Below, piece by piece: positions 10,556-20,187 of a stretch of 34,327 nucleotides of DNA. The stretch covers positions 1 to 34,327 of the forward strand of contig JYFJ02004151.1 of assembly GCA_000934665.2 (NCBI GenBank). Direction: 5' to 3'. The notes below the pieces were generated by a model. It did no database searches and was not told the origin of the DNA. It saw only the letters and a program-made list of their open reading frames with translations. Every line of letters starts with the position of its first letter. The stretch's first letter is position 1. The translations under genes and the position numbers were made by a program. Source of the DNA: Catajapyx aquilonaris (taxonomy: Eukaryota).

Positions 10556-13500
10556 GGCCAAAGGGGGGACAGTGGTGGGGTGGAGAAGGGAGAGGCATGT
10601 GAAGATGACCAGAGAGAAACAGGGGGTCTGTTTGGAAACGACCTTCAGAAGAAAAAGATGGAAGATTTTGGGGGTGTATGTGCAAAATGTTGAAGGGTGG
10701 GGGAAGGAGTTGGAGGAGGTGAGGTCGGAGAGTGAGGAGGAAGAAGAGAGGGTGTGTTGGATGTGTGTTGGGGATTTTAATGGAAGGATAGGGGAAGGAG
10801 GGGCCTTAGAGGCAGGTGAAAGAGAAGACATTCCAGACAGACATTCAGTCGACAAGGCGGTCAACAGAGAGGGGGAGATGTTATTGGACACATGGTCGGT
10901 GTGGGGTATGCTGGTGATAAATGGAAGGACGGAGAGCGACAGGGATGGGGATTTAACGTTCATTGGACCGCAAGGAAAATCGGTAATTGATTATGCAGTG
11001 GTGGACGAGGATGGGTGGAGTGAAATTAAAGACATGAAAGTGGGAACGAGGATTGAGTCGGACCATCAGCCGCTGGAGGTGACAATCAGGGACGGGGAAA
11101 CAAAGAAAGAGGTGGTACAGGAGATGAGAGATGAGGGAGAAAGATACAGATGGATAGATGGGAAAGGAGACGAGTACAGGAAGAGGCTGCGAGAGGGAAA
11201 CGTGGGAAGGGTGCAGGAGGACACAGTCGACGACATGGACATAGGGTTACACAAATGGGTAGAACGGGCAGCTGTGGGGATGAGATTCAAGAGACGAAAG
11301 GAAAAAAAGAGAAGGGCGGATTGGTTTGACAGAGACTGTAAAACTAAAAGGGAAATGGTTTGGAGAAGTCTTAGGGTGTACAAAAAGGAGGGGAAGGAAA
11401 GAGACAGACTGGAGTATGTTAAAAGAAAGAAAGAGTATGGCAAATTATGCGTGGAGAAGAAAAATGAACAAGTGAATAAAATGGTGGACGATTGGAAAAA
11501 AGTAAAAACAGAGGGGGAAATGTGGGAAAAATTGAGGGGAAAGACGAAGTATAGGGAAACAGCACCTAAGTCAATACCGGAAAGGGAATGGAGGGATCAT
11601 TTTGTTGGGTTACTGGGGGGGCATAGGGAAAAAAGGGTAGTAAAGTTCGGGGACGGCGGGGAGGAAGAGGCAGACCAGCACTGGGATAGGGAAATAACGA
11701 AGAAGGAGATTGCAGATTGCATCAGGAGGCTAAAAAGGAGGAAGGCTCCTGGAACAGATGTATTACCAAACGAATTTCTAAGAGAAGGGGTGGAAGTGAT
11801 GGTGGAGGAGATATGGAACTTGTTCCGAGAGGTGTGGGAAAAAGAGATGATACCAGAGCAATGGAAGGAGGCACAAATCTATCCTATTCACAAGAATGGT
11901 TCAAGGGAGGAAGTAAAAAATTACAGGGGGGTGGCACTGCTAAACGGGGTTTACAAGATTTGGGCCATGATTATAGAGGCGAGGATAAGGGCGTGGGCAG
12001 AAAGGGAGGGCATATTACATGAGGGACAGGCTGGTTTTCGCAGAGGGAGGAGCACAAGCGACAATATATTTATATTAAACGCACTGGTAGGCCTACAGCA
12101 CAGGCTGGGGAGGAAGAGGGGGAAAATGTACGCCATGTTCGTGGACCTCAAATCCGCATTTGATAAAGTGAATCGCGTAAAATTAATGACGAAATTATGG
12201 CACCTTGGAGTAAAAGGGAAAGTGTGGAGGCTGCTGTGCAAAATGTATGAAGAAAGCGTTAATACAATGGGAACAGGCGGGGAGAGATTTTGGACAACGA
12301 ATGGAGTGAGGCAGGGGTGCCCACTGAGCCCATTGCTATTCATAATGTATGTAAATGATTGGTTGAACATGTTGCAGGAGGAAAATTCAGGGGGGGTCAG
12401 GCTAGGAAGGGAAAAGGTGTGGGGGTTGATGTTTGCGGACGATATGGTGGTGGTGGCAGATGAAAGAGAACAGTTAAGTGTTATGGTGAAACAGATAGAA
12501 GCCTATTTGAAGAAAAACGATTTAGAGTTGAATGCGGGAAAGACGAAGATCATGGTATTTAGGAATGGAAGGAAAAGGTACAAAAGGGACGAATGGTTTT
12601 GGAAAGGGGAAGAGATAGAAGTGGTCAACAAATACAGATACTTAGGATATTGGTTTACAACAAAGGGGGGGATACAGGAAAATATCAAGGCACAAAGACA
12701 GAAGGCATGGAGAGGGTTGCACAGGGTCAGGAGGATATGCAGGCAACAAAAAATTGAACAGTGGGGTTTGGTAAAGGCATTATATGGAAGCATGGTGAGA
12801 ACAATCATACTGCAGGGAGCCGAGGTGTGGGCGTGGAAGGTGGGACGAGCAATGGAGTGTGTGCAGTTGGGGTTCCTCAAGAGGTGGCTCGGAGTGGCTC
12901 AGAATACTCCGGGGTACATTGTGCTAACAGAGACAGGGATGATGGAGGTGGAAGTGGCGGCATTAGAAAGGGCAGTTAGGTGGATTATGAAGGTGGAAAG
13001 GTTAGGGGAGGACAGACTGTTGCGAAGGATATGGGATGAGATGAAGAAAGAAAGGGAGGGAGGTAGTAAAAATGGCTGGTGGGAAGACGTGAGGAAGAAG
13101 GAACAAGAATGGGGGGTGGAGCATGATGAGGAGTGGCAAAGGCAAACTTGGGAAGAACGATGGGACTCGTGGGGGAAGGAACTGAGGGAGAGGATGATCA
13201 AGGAGAGGGAGGAGAGAATTGCCAACACGACCAACTGGCCCGACTACAGATCTGTAAAGATAGAGAGAGAAGAGGACCGATATTTGGACAGAGAGAACAT
13301 AAAATTTCTGAAGGTGTTGGCAAAACTAAGATGTGGGACACTGTGCAGGGCTAGCTGGTCGTGGCTGTCAGAAACGGAGAGGAACTGTTTATTGTGTGGG
13401 GAGGGGGAGGAGAATATGGGGCATATTGTGAGGGATTGTAGGGTAATGAAGGAGAAGAGGAGGAAATGGATACCGGCGGTGGAGGAGATGGAGGATGAGG

Positions 13501-13634
13501 AAGTGTATAGCTTTGTAAAGAATGTAAGAAAAAGGGGTGCGCTGTGTAAGTATTTGTATGGTGTGGTGAAAAAGAGGAGGGATGCAATTTTGGAGAGACA
13601 GGGGGAGGGAGTGAGAGAAAATGGAATTATGTAA
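10545..13634 (+). CDS. LINE ORF2 endonuclease-reverse transcriptase (N-terminally truncated, 1029 aa open)
   Basis: APE motifs VGDFNGRIG, SVIDYAVV and ESDHQPL. RT motifs KAPGTD, QAGFRRGRSTSDNIF, FVDLKSAFDKV, GVRQGCPLSPLLF, LMFADD and YRYLG. C-terminal CLLCGEGEENMGHIVRDC. Confidence 0.92.
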   Translation: MFGRAKGGTVVGWRRERHVKMTREKQGVCLETTFRRKRWKILGVYVQNVEGWGKELEEVRSESEEEEERVCWMCVGDFNGRIGEGGALEAGEREDIPDRHSVDKAVNREGEMLLDTWSVWGMLVINGRTESDRDGDLTFIGPQGKSVIDYAVVDEDGWSEIKDMKVGTRIESDHQPLEVTIRDGETKKEVVQEMRDEGERYRWIDGKGDEYRKRLREGNVGRVQEDTVDDMDIGLHKWVERAAVGMRFKRRKEKKRRADWFDRDCKTKREMVWRSLRVYKKEGKERDRLEYVKRKKEYGKLCVEKKNEQVNKMVDDWKKVKTEGEMWEKLRGKTKYRETAPKSIPEREWRDHFVGLLGGHREKRVVKFGDGGEEEADQHWDREITKKEIADCIRRLKRRKAPGTDVLPNEFLREGVEVMVEEIWNLFREVWEKEMIPEQWKEAQIYPIHKNGSREEVKNYRGVALLNGVYKIWAMIIEARIRAWAEREGILHEGQAGFRRGRSTSDNIFILNALVGLQHRLGRKRGKMYAMFVDLKSAFDKVNRVKLMTKLWHLGVKGKVWRLLCKMYEESVNTMGTGGERFWTTNGVRQGCPLSPLLFIMYVNDWLNMLQEENSGGVRLGREKVWGLMFADDMVVVADEREQLSVMVKQIEAYLKKNDLELNAGKTKIMVFRNGRKRYKRDEWFWKGEEIEVVNKYRYLGYWFTTKGGIQENIKAQRQKAWRGLHRVRRICRQQKIEQWGLVKALYGSMVRTIILQGAEVWAWKVGRAMECVQLGFLKRWLGVAQNTPGYIVLTETGMMEVEVAALERAVRWIMKVERLGEDRLLRRIWDEMKKEREGGSKNGWWEDVRKKEQEWGVEHDEEWQRQTWEERWDSWGKELRERMIKEREERIANTTNWPDYRSVKIEREEDRYLDRENIKFLKVLAKLRCGTLCRASWSWLSETERNCLLCGEGEENMGHIVRDCRVMKEKRRKWIPAVEEMEDEEVYSFVKNVRKRGALCKYLYGVVKKRRDAILERQGEGVRENGIM

Positions 13635-13824
13635 AAAATGTAAATGTAGAATGTAGAATGTCGATAAATGTCAAGGTAATCATATGAATGAATCAAGTGA
13701 AGGAATCATGTAGAATGTCTATGAATATAAATGTAATCATGTGAGGAAGGAGGAGGGTCGGCCAAGCGGCATTAGCTGCAGGCCGACAGACTAAATAAAG
13801 CACAAAACAAACAAACAAACAAAC
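10551..13824 (+). mobile_element. 5'-truncated non-LTR retrotransposon (LINE; APE endonuclease + RT + C-terminal CCHC)
   Basis: Strongly purine-rich sense strand. 3' UTR has a GTCGGCC...GGCCGAC hairpin (13757-13787), AATAAA (13794) and a (CAAA)n tail (13801-13824). No ORF1. Clade not determined. Confidence 0.93.
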
Positions 13825-14652
13825 ACACCAGTGGACCACAGATATGTCAATCATGCTGATCCTTCTGGTCTTCATATGAGAAAAAAATGAAGTTGTACAA
13901 TGTACATGTATCGATAAATCGATCGTTTCCTATCAGCTCTAAATCAATAATGACACAACCACCCTTTTAAATAATTATTGTTAGGGTTAACTGGTTAACT
14001 GCCATTGTTGTCCGTAATAACCCAAGTTGTGTTGCATATATCGTACAATTCACGCCCTCAATCCCCGAAGAAATAGCTGTTACAATTACATCTGGCACTA
14101 CCATCTGCATTATGTCACTTATATGAGTTTTTTTTTTTGCGAAAAAAGAACGCAACCTTTACTGAATGTTTGTTGCATGATATTTATTGTACCAGTACTA
14201 TACACTTCCCCGCTTGTCATTCGGGAAAAAGCAGGGGTAAATTGCACGAAATTATTCAACTTTTCGGCCTCTCTTTACGTGCAAATTTGTTCGTTGCCTT
14301 GACGAGCTGGAATTAAAACATGCCGCAATACCAAGTGCATGTCTCATACTGATAAAAGTGGTGGCCCTGAAAAGGGCCGTTTGTTTAGTTGTCTGGAGGC
14401 GATGAGGATGGATCTACTTGGAGGAGGTGTACTTGGTGACGGCCTTTGTCCCTTCAGAGACGGCATGCTTGGCCAGCTCTCCAGGTAGCAGGAGTCGGAC
14501 GGCATTCAGGATCTCCCTGGAGGTGATGGTGGACCTCTTGCTGTAGTGGGCCAGGCGGGAGGACTCTGCCGCTATGCGCTCGAAGAGGTCGTTGACGAAG
14601 CTGTTCATGATGGACATGGCCTTGGAGGACACCCCGGTGTCCGAGTGGACCT
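13824..14652 (-). repeat. ~825-bp near-identical inverted duplication of 18613-19433 (H2B 3' half plus spacer)
   Basis: Reverse complement matches throughout, e.g. 13824 cacaccagtggaccacagatatgtc vs 19433; ORFs 14027+ and 18963- share FFFCEKRTQPLLNVCCMIF... Confidence 0.95.
14363..14378 (-). terminator. Histone 3' stem-loop (H2B)
   Basis: GGCCCTTTTCAGGGCC on the minus strand. Confidence 0.95.
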
Positions 14653-14784
14653 GCTTCAGGACCTTGTAGATGTACATGGCTTCTCGCCCTTCCTCCTCTT
14701 CTTCTTGTTGCCCGTGCTGGGAACGGTCTTCTGCACCTTCTTCTCGGACTCCTTGGCGGCCTTAACACCGGTCTGTGATGGCAT
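14414..14784 (-). pseudogene. H2B: Histone H2B, frameshifted in the N-tail/ESY region
   Basis: ATG at 14784 reads [35 protein letters not shown] and then goes out of frame (TGA near 14656). The histone fold [11 protein letters not shown]...KYTSSK starts at 14677, 107 nt downstream, so in a different frame. Confidence 0.9.
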
Positions 14785-15076
14785 CTTGCTACGGAGCTAA
14801 TCTGGACACGAAGTGAATTCGACGATTACCAAGCGTGGAATGAGCCAATGAGGATTCTCGCATCTCTGGTGGCCTTTTTTATAGCAGGGAGAGGGTACGC
14901 AAGCGCCTGCGGCCGCACGCTCCCATTGGCTCCACTCGAGCCAATCATAATGCGCCCTTGTTTGCAACCTTTCTCCCTATTTAAAGGGCAGCCGAGCCCC
15001 GCTCCCCTCCATTCACTGCTGAGACTTCCAGTCGTCTGGTTGTCCTGCACTGATCTCTTCAGACCGCACCGAGAAG
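14785..15076. promoter_or_regulatory. Divergent H2B/H2A promoter
   Basis: CCAAT boxes near 14845, 14925 (reverse) and 14941. TATA-like boxes: TATAAAAA on the minus strand near 14876-14883 and TATTTAAA near 14978. Confidence 0.8.
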
Positions 15077-15451
15077 ATGACTGGCCGTGGAAAGGGAGGC
15101 AAGACGAAGGGGAAGCCGAAAACCCGCTCCAGCCGTGCCGGCCTGATATTTCCCGTGGGCCGTGTCCATCGCCTTCTGCGGAAGGGCAACTACGCCTCTC
15201 GAGTCGGGTGTGGCTCCTCCATCTACCTGGCGGCGGTGTTGGAGTACCTTGCCGCCGAGGTGCTCGAACTGGCAGGCAACGCGGCCCGTGACCTCAAGAA
15301 GTCGAGGATCAACCCCCGCCACCTCCAGCTGGCCATCAGACCCGACGAGGAGCTAAACAAGCTTCTCTCTGGGGTGACCATCGCCCAGGGCGGAGTGCTG
15401 CCAAACATCCAGGCCGTCCTCCTCCCAAAGAAGACCGAGAAGAAGGCTTAG
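15077..15451 (+). CDS. H2A: Histone H2A, divergent, intact 124-aa ORF
   Basis: [23 protein letters not shown]...[23 protein letters not shown]...PRHLQLAIR...[21 protein letters not shown]; stem-loop at 15495. Confidence 0.95.
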   Translation: MTGRGKGGKTKGKPKTRSSRAGLIFPVGRVHRLLRKGNYASRVGCGSSIYLAAVLEYLAAEVLELAGNAARDLKKSRINPRHLQLAIRPDEELNKLLSGVTIAQGGVLPNIQAVLLPKKTEKKA

Positions 15452-15494
15452 ATTCACCCTCCCACACATCTCTACCGCACCCTTTGAACAAAAC

Positions 15495-15510
15495 AGCCCT
15501 TTTAAGGGCT
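15495..15510 (+). terminator. Histone 3' stem-loop (H2A)
   Basis: AGCCCTTTTAAGGGCT, then accac and a purine-rich tcacgtgagaagg. Confidence 0.95.
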
Positions 15511-16536
15511 ACCACTTGATTCACGTGAGAAGGCGAATAGAGCGAGTGCAAAATAATAAAGTGCTTACATTGTATTGCTAATGTTGTCCAATTTTAGCTA
15601 ATGAAACTGCGAATTTAGACACTAAAATTTTGTGTTCCAGACACTTCTACGGGCGAGTTGAATTTTCTGGTTACAATCAGTAATGAGCCATCCGTCGAGC
15701 CGAAATATATAATTATATAAAAAAGTTGGTGTAATAATATTCACGTCACACTTCAGAGTAACAGCAGTAAATATTTCACGCGCTAACACGAAATAGTATG
15801 TACCGTGTACAGTTATTGGAAAAATCGCGTAAGCTGCTACTTTGAAAGCAGCTACTTCCTAAGAGTTACTTTCTCGAATATCTGAATAACACCTGCTGAT
15901 ATTACGTCCCATACCCATGTACCAATTAATGGGGGAAAAGGGGTCATCCGTGGGAAACAGGATGTCTCCCGCGCATGCCGGGGTTGTGACTGGCCAAATG
16001 GGTCAATCGCAAATGGTCGGATGCGAACTGTTGCGACCCTGAAATGGAAAGGTGCCATATGTGCCTATCATCATACCTTTTATTTCCCCATTTCTAAAGT
16101 TATTCATGTGTTGGCCCTGAACAAGGCCCATTTTGGTGCTCGCTGGAGGGATTCAGATGAGGTCATCTTGATACCATAAAACAACCAATACCACCGCTGG
16201 ATTTGATTTCCCACATCAAGCTTAATAAAGGCATAATATCAAAGTATCCTTCCAGTTCAACACAAAAGATTTGTCATTAATTATAATATTAGCATATTTT
16301 GAGTGATTGACACGAATTTCCTTGTATTTTACGTCTACCCGCTAATTTCCAATTTCCATGTTTTCCCTGACCGGTGGTCACCCTGTTATCAATACGAATT
16401 TGCAATAATCTTGTAATTGGGATCCGGTACCCGGGTGAGGGGAAATGTAATAGCGCGCCCATTTTATTCCGAAATGTTGCAAATGTACTTGGTGCTATTT
16501 GGTCGAAAGTGTATATCTCTACGTGATAGGTGTGGT

Positions 16537-16552
16537 AGCCCTGAAAAGGGCT
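16537..16552 (-). terminator. Histone 3' stem-loop (H3)
   Basis: AGCCCTTTTCAGGGCT on the minus strand, then accacac...tcacgtagaga. Confidence 0.95.
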
Positions 16553-16608
16553 GTTTGTTTAAGGCTGGGGCTGGTGGTGGTCCTTCCCAAAAGGAAGTCT
16601 GAGGAGGT

Positions 16609-17019
16609 TTAGGCCCGCTCTCCACGGATGCGGCGGGCAAGCTGGATGTCCTTGGGCATGATGGTGACCCTCTTGGCGTGGATGGCGCAGATGTTGGCAT
16701 CCTCCAACAGGCCCACCAGGTAGGCCTCGGAGGCCTCCTGCAGGGCCATCACCGCCGAGCTCTGGAAGCGCAGGTCTAACTTGACATCCTGTGCGATCTC
16801 GCGGACCAGACGCTGGAACGGGAGCTTCCGGATCAGCAGCTCGGTGCTCTTCTGGTAGCGGCGGATCTCACGAAGAGCCACGGTGCCAGGCCTGTACCGG
16901 TGGGGCCTCTTCACCGCGCCGTTGGCATAGACGCCCGGGTGCCCCGCCTTGGTGGCCAGCTGCTTGCGGGGGGCCTTGCCTCCGGTGGACTTCAGGGCTG
17001 TCTGCTTAGTACGGGCCAT
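16609..17019 (-). CDS. H3: Histone H3, divergent, intact 136-aa ORF lacking K27/S28
   Basis: [25 protein letters not shown]...[40 protein letters not shown]...[10 protein letters not shown]...[18 protein letters not shown]31 and SAVM are of the replication-coupled type; intronless with stem-loop. Confidence 0.96.
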   Translation of the reverse strand: MARTKQTALKSTGGKAPRKQLATKAGHPGVYANGAVKRPHRYRPGTVALREIRRYQKSTELLIRKLPFQRLVREIAQDVKLDLRFQSSAVMALQEASEAYLVGLLEDANICAIHAKRVTIMPKDIQLARRIRGERA

Positions 17020-17692
<673 letters not shown>

Positions 17693-17713
17693 TAGAACTC
17701 AACTGAAACAAAT

Positions 17714-17729
17714 GGCCCTTTTCAGGGCC
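17714..17729 (+). terminator. Histone 3' stem-loop (psi-H4 copy B)
   Basis: GGCCCTTTTCAGGGCC. Confidence 0.95.
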
Positions 17730-18251
17730 AACAAAATTCTCCAGTTGAGAGCGAAACCTTTTTTCTCATGATGCATTGGTCATTTCTTCATTTTGATTTT
17801 GTATTAGGAAAGGTCAATGGTGACTTAACATGGCGCTTTCTCCGACCGCCCATTAAGCCCCATCCATCTCTGCTAAAAACCTCGTAAGTCACATGTTATA
17901 ACTGCTATCGGCGACCTGAGTTATCAAAAAGTGACCCACCAATCTGGAACACCATGTATATTTATGCCTGCTCTAATTTTAAACACGGGTTGGCCGGGAA
18001 AAGTACTCTAATATGTACTGCTGTTATTCTGGAGGTGATTTCAAGAACTTCAGCTGTTGTATTATTGTGAGCCGGATACATTCCCACTTGCATCAAATTG
18101 AACTGTAGTCATTAGTACCGGCCAAACCATTTATATAAATTTCTCTACTCGTGTTTCACCCGTTGAAATGAAGAAGTAACATCCTGCAATGTATCGTTTA
18201 TTTGTTCAAATACTTTTTGCTTTGTTCGTCTTCTCACGTGAAACAAGTGGT

Positions 18252-18267
18252 AGCCCTGAAAAGGGCC
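18252..18267 (-). terminator. Histone 3' stem-loop (H2A fragment)
   Basis: GGCCCTTTTCAGGGCT on the minus strand. Confidence 0.92.
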
Positions 18268-18306
18268 GTTTTAGTTAAAATGACGGGAAATATGTGATGA
18301 ACCTAT

Positions 18307-18537
18307 CTAAGCCTTCTTCGCGGTCTTCTTTGGGAGGAGGACGGCCTGGATGTTTGGCAGCACTCCGCCCTGGGCGATGGTCACCCCCGAAAAAACCTTG
18401 CTCAGTTCCTCGTCGTTCCTGACGGCCAGCTGGAGGTGGCGAGGGTTCATCCTCGACTTCTTGAGGTCACGGGCCGCGTTGCCTGCCAGCTCGAGCACCT
18501 CGGCGGCCAGGTACTCCATCACGGCCGCCAGGTAGAC
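18307..18537 (-). pseudogene. H2A: Histone H2A, 5'-truncated fragment
   Basis: [80 protein letters not shown]; N-terminal part and promoter absent. Confidence 0.93.
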
Positions 18538-18616
18538 TGATAACAGTGGTGGCCCTGAAAAGGGCCGTTTGTTTAGTTGTCTGGAGGCGATGAGGATGGA
18601 TCTACTTGGAGGAGGT
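18536..18616 (-). repeat. 81-bp inverted copy of the H2B 3' end (stop codon plus stem-loop at 18551-18566)
   Basis: Reverse complement of 18837-18917 and a direct match to 14348-14429. Confidence 0.93.
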
Positions 18617-18902
18617 CCACCCGGACACCGGGGTGTCCTCCAAGGCCATGTCCATCATGAACAGCTTCGTCAACGACCTCTTCGAGCGCATAGCGGCAGA
18701 GTCCTCCCGCCTGGCCCACTGCAGCAAGAGGTCCACCATCACCTCCAGGGAGATCATGAATGCCGTCCGACTCCTGCTGCCTGGAGAGCTGGCCAAGCAT
18801 GCCGTCTCTGAAGGGACAAAGGCCGTCACCAAGTACACCTCCTCCAAGTATATCCATCCTCATCGCCTCCAGACAACTAAACAAACGGCCCTTTTCAGGG
18901 AC
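18613..18902 (+). pseudogene. H2B: Histone H2B, 5'-truncated fragment with lost stop codon and mutated stem-loop
   Basis: [27 protein letters not shown]...KYTSSK; TAG changed to TAT at 18849-18851; stem-loop GGCCCTTTTCAGGGAC at 18887-18902. Confidence 0.92.
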
Positions 18903-20042
18903 ACCACTTTTATCAGTATGAGACATGCACTTGGTATTGCGGCATGTTTTAATTCCAGCTCGTCAAGACAACGAACAAATTTGCACGTAAAGAGAGGCCG
19001 AAAAGTTGAATAATTTCGTGCAATTTACCCCTGCTTTTTCCCGAATGACAAGCGGGGAAGTATATAGTACTGGTACAATAAATATCATGCAACAAACATT
19101 CAGTAAAGGTTGCGTTCTTTTTTCGCAAAAAAAAAACTCATATAAGTGACATAATGCAGATGGTAGTGCCAGATGTAATTGTAACAGCCATTTCTTCGGG
19201 GATTGAGGGCGTGAATTGTACGATATATGCAACACAACTTGGGTTATTACGGACAACAATGGCAGTTAACCAGTTAACCCTTACAATAATTATTTAAAAG
19301 GGTGGTTGTGTCATTATTGATTTAGAGCTGATAGGAAACGATCTATTTATCGATACATGTACAACTTCATTTTTTTCTCATATGAAGACCAGAAGGATCA
19401 GCATGATTGACATATCTGTGGTCCACTGGTGTGATATATATGATAATTATCTTCATGCAGAACAGAATTTGATTTGGGTCGAATAAAACAATGCCAGAAT
19501 ATGTAGCAAAAATGAATTTTTGAAAAGTGCTCTACGGTCTCACCAAGAGGCTTCCACCCCTGAAATGTTCTCGACCAAAAACCTGTTGCAAAACATTAAA
19601 ACTAAGTACAGCTTATCCAGTGAGATCAACATAAAACCGTCCAGTGTTTAGACCGTCTAATATATGCCCCCCGAGGCCCTCCTCGGGTGGTACAACAACT
19701 CAGTTGAAGGTGCATATCCCTCCCCCTAAATGTCTCTTTCTGCCTGTTATGGTACATGGCCACGGAGCCTCTCTGGATATCCATAAAATCAACGATATCC
19801 CGAATTTGTGCTCTGGCCAAATGTCGTACTTCGATAATCATAACCGCCGGAGACTTTTCCAGGGGCTTGTTAGCATTGACAGACTTTACATAAAAATAGT
19901 CTGAAACGTGCAGCATCTCCCTGCACATGTCCCGGGGCCGCCCGTGGGCGAGAACTGTGCTAAAAAGGTCAAAAATATCGACGAGGAAGCACAAAGGGGA
20001 GGAGCTTAGAGCAGCTCTGCCTCTCTCCATTTTCGCGCGCTT

Positions 20043-20076
20043 CCCCTCAGAGGTCCGCGCCTTCGCTATAAAAAGG
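20043..20076 (+). promoter_or_regulatory. H1 core promoter with an H4-box-like element and TATA
   Basis: cccctcagAGGTCCgcgccttcgcTATAAAAA, closely matching the H4 promoter at 17248-17281. Confidence 0.75.
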
Positions 20077-20187
20077 CCACCCGAGAGTGGGCGGCGCTTC
20101 ATTCCTCATCCGGCAGTCGTCGAGGTAGCATCGTCTCCCGCTCGTCCATACTCCGTGCAACCGCTCGCCTCCCCTTGATTCGCCAAG

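Noticed and set aside
10502..10963. 153-aa minus-strand ORF ending in the H2A C-terminus (apparent chimeric histone)
   Set aside because: The N-terminal part is LINE antisense; there is no histone fold and no promoter evidence.
11066..13696. Several minus-strand Leu/Ser/Phe-rich ORFs
   Set aside because: Antisense shadows of the purine-rich LINE ORF2.
10545..13824. Idea that the LINE is an H2A-specific (R2-like) site-specific element
   Set aside because: Its 3' (priming) junction is in spacer DNA, not H2A; no TSD; a single insertion cannot show specificity.
18606..19013. 135-aa H2B with a C-terminal extension
   Set aside because: 5'-truncated, promoterless fragment with a TAG-to-TAT change reading into spacer.
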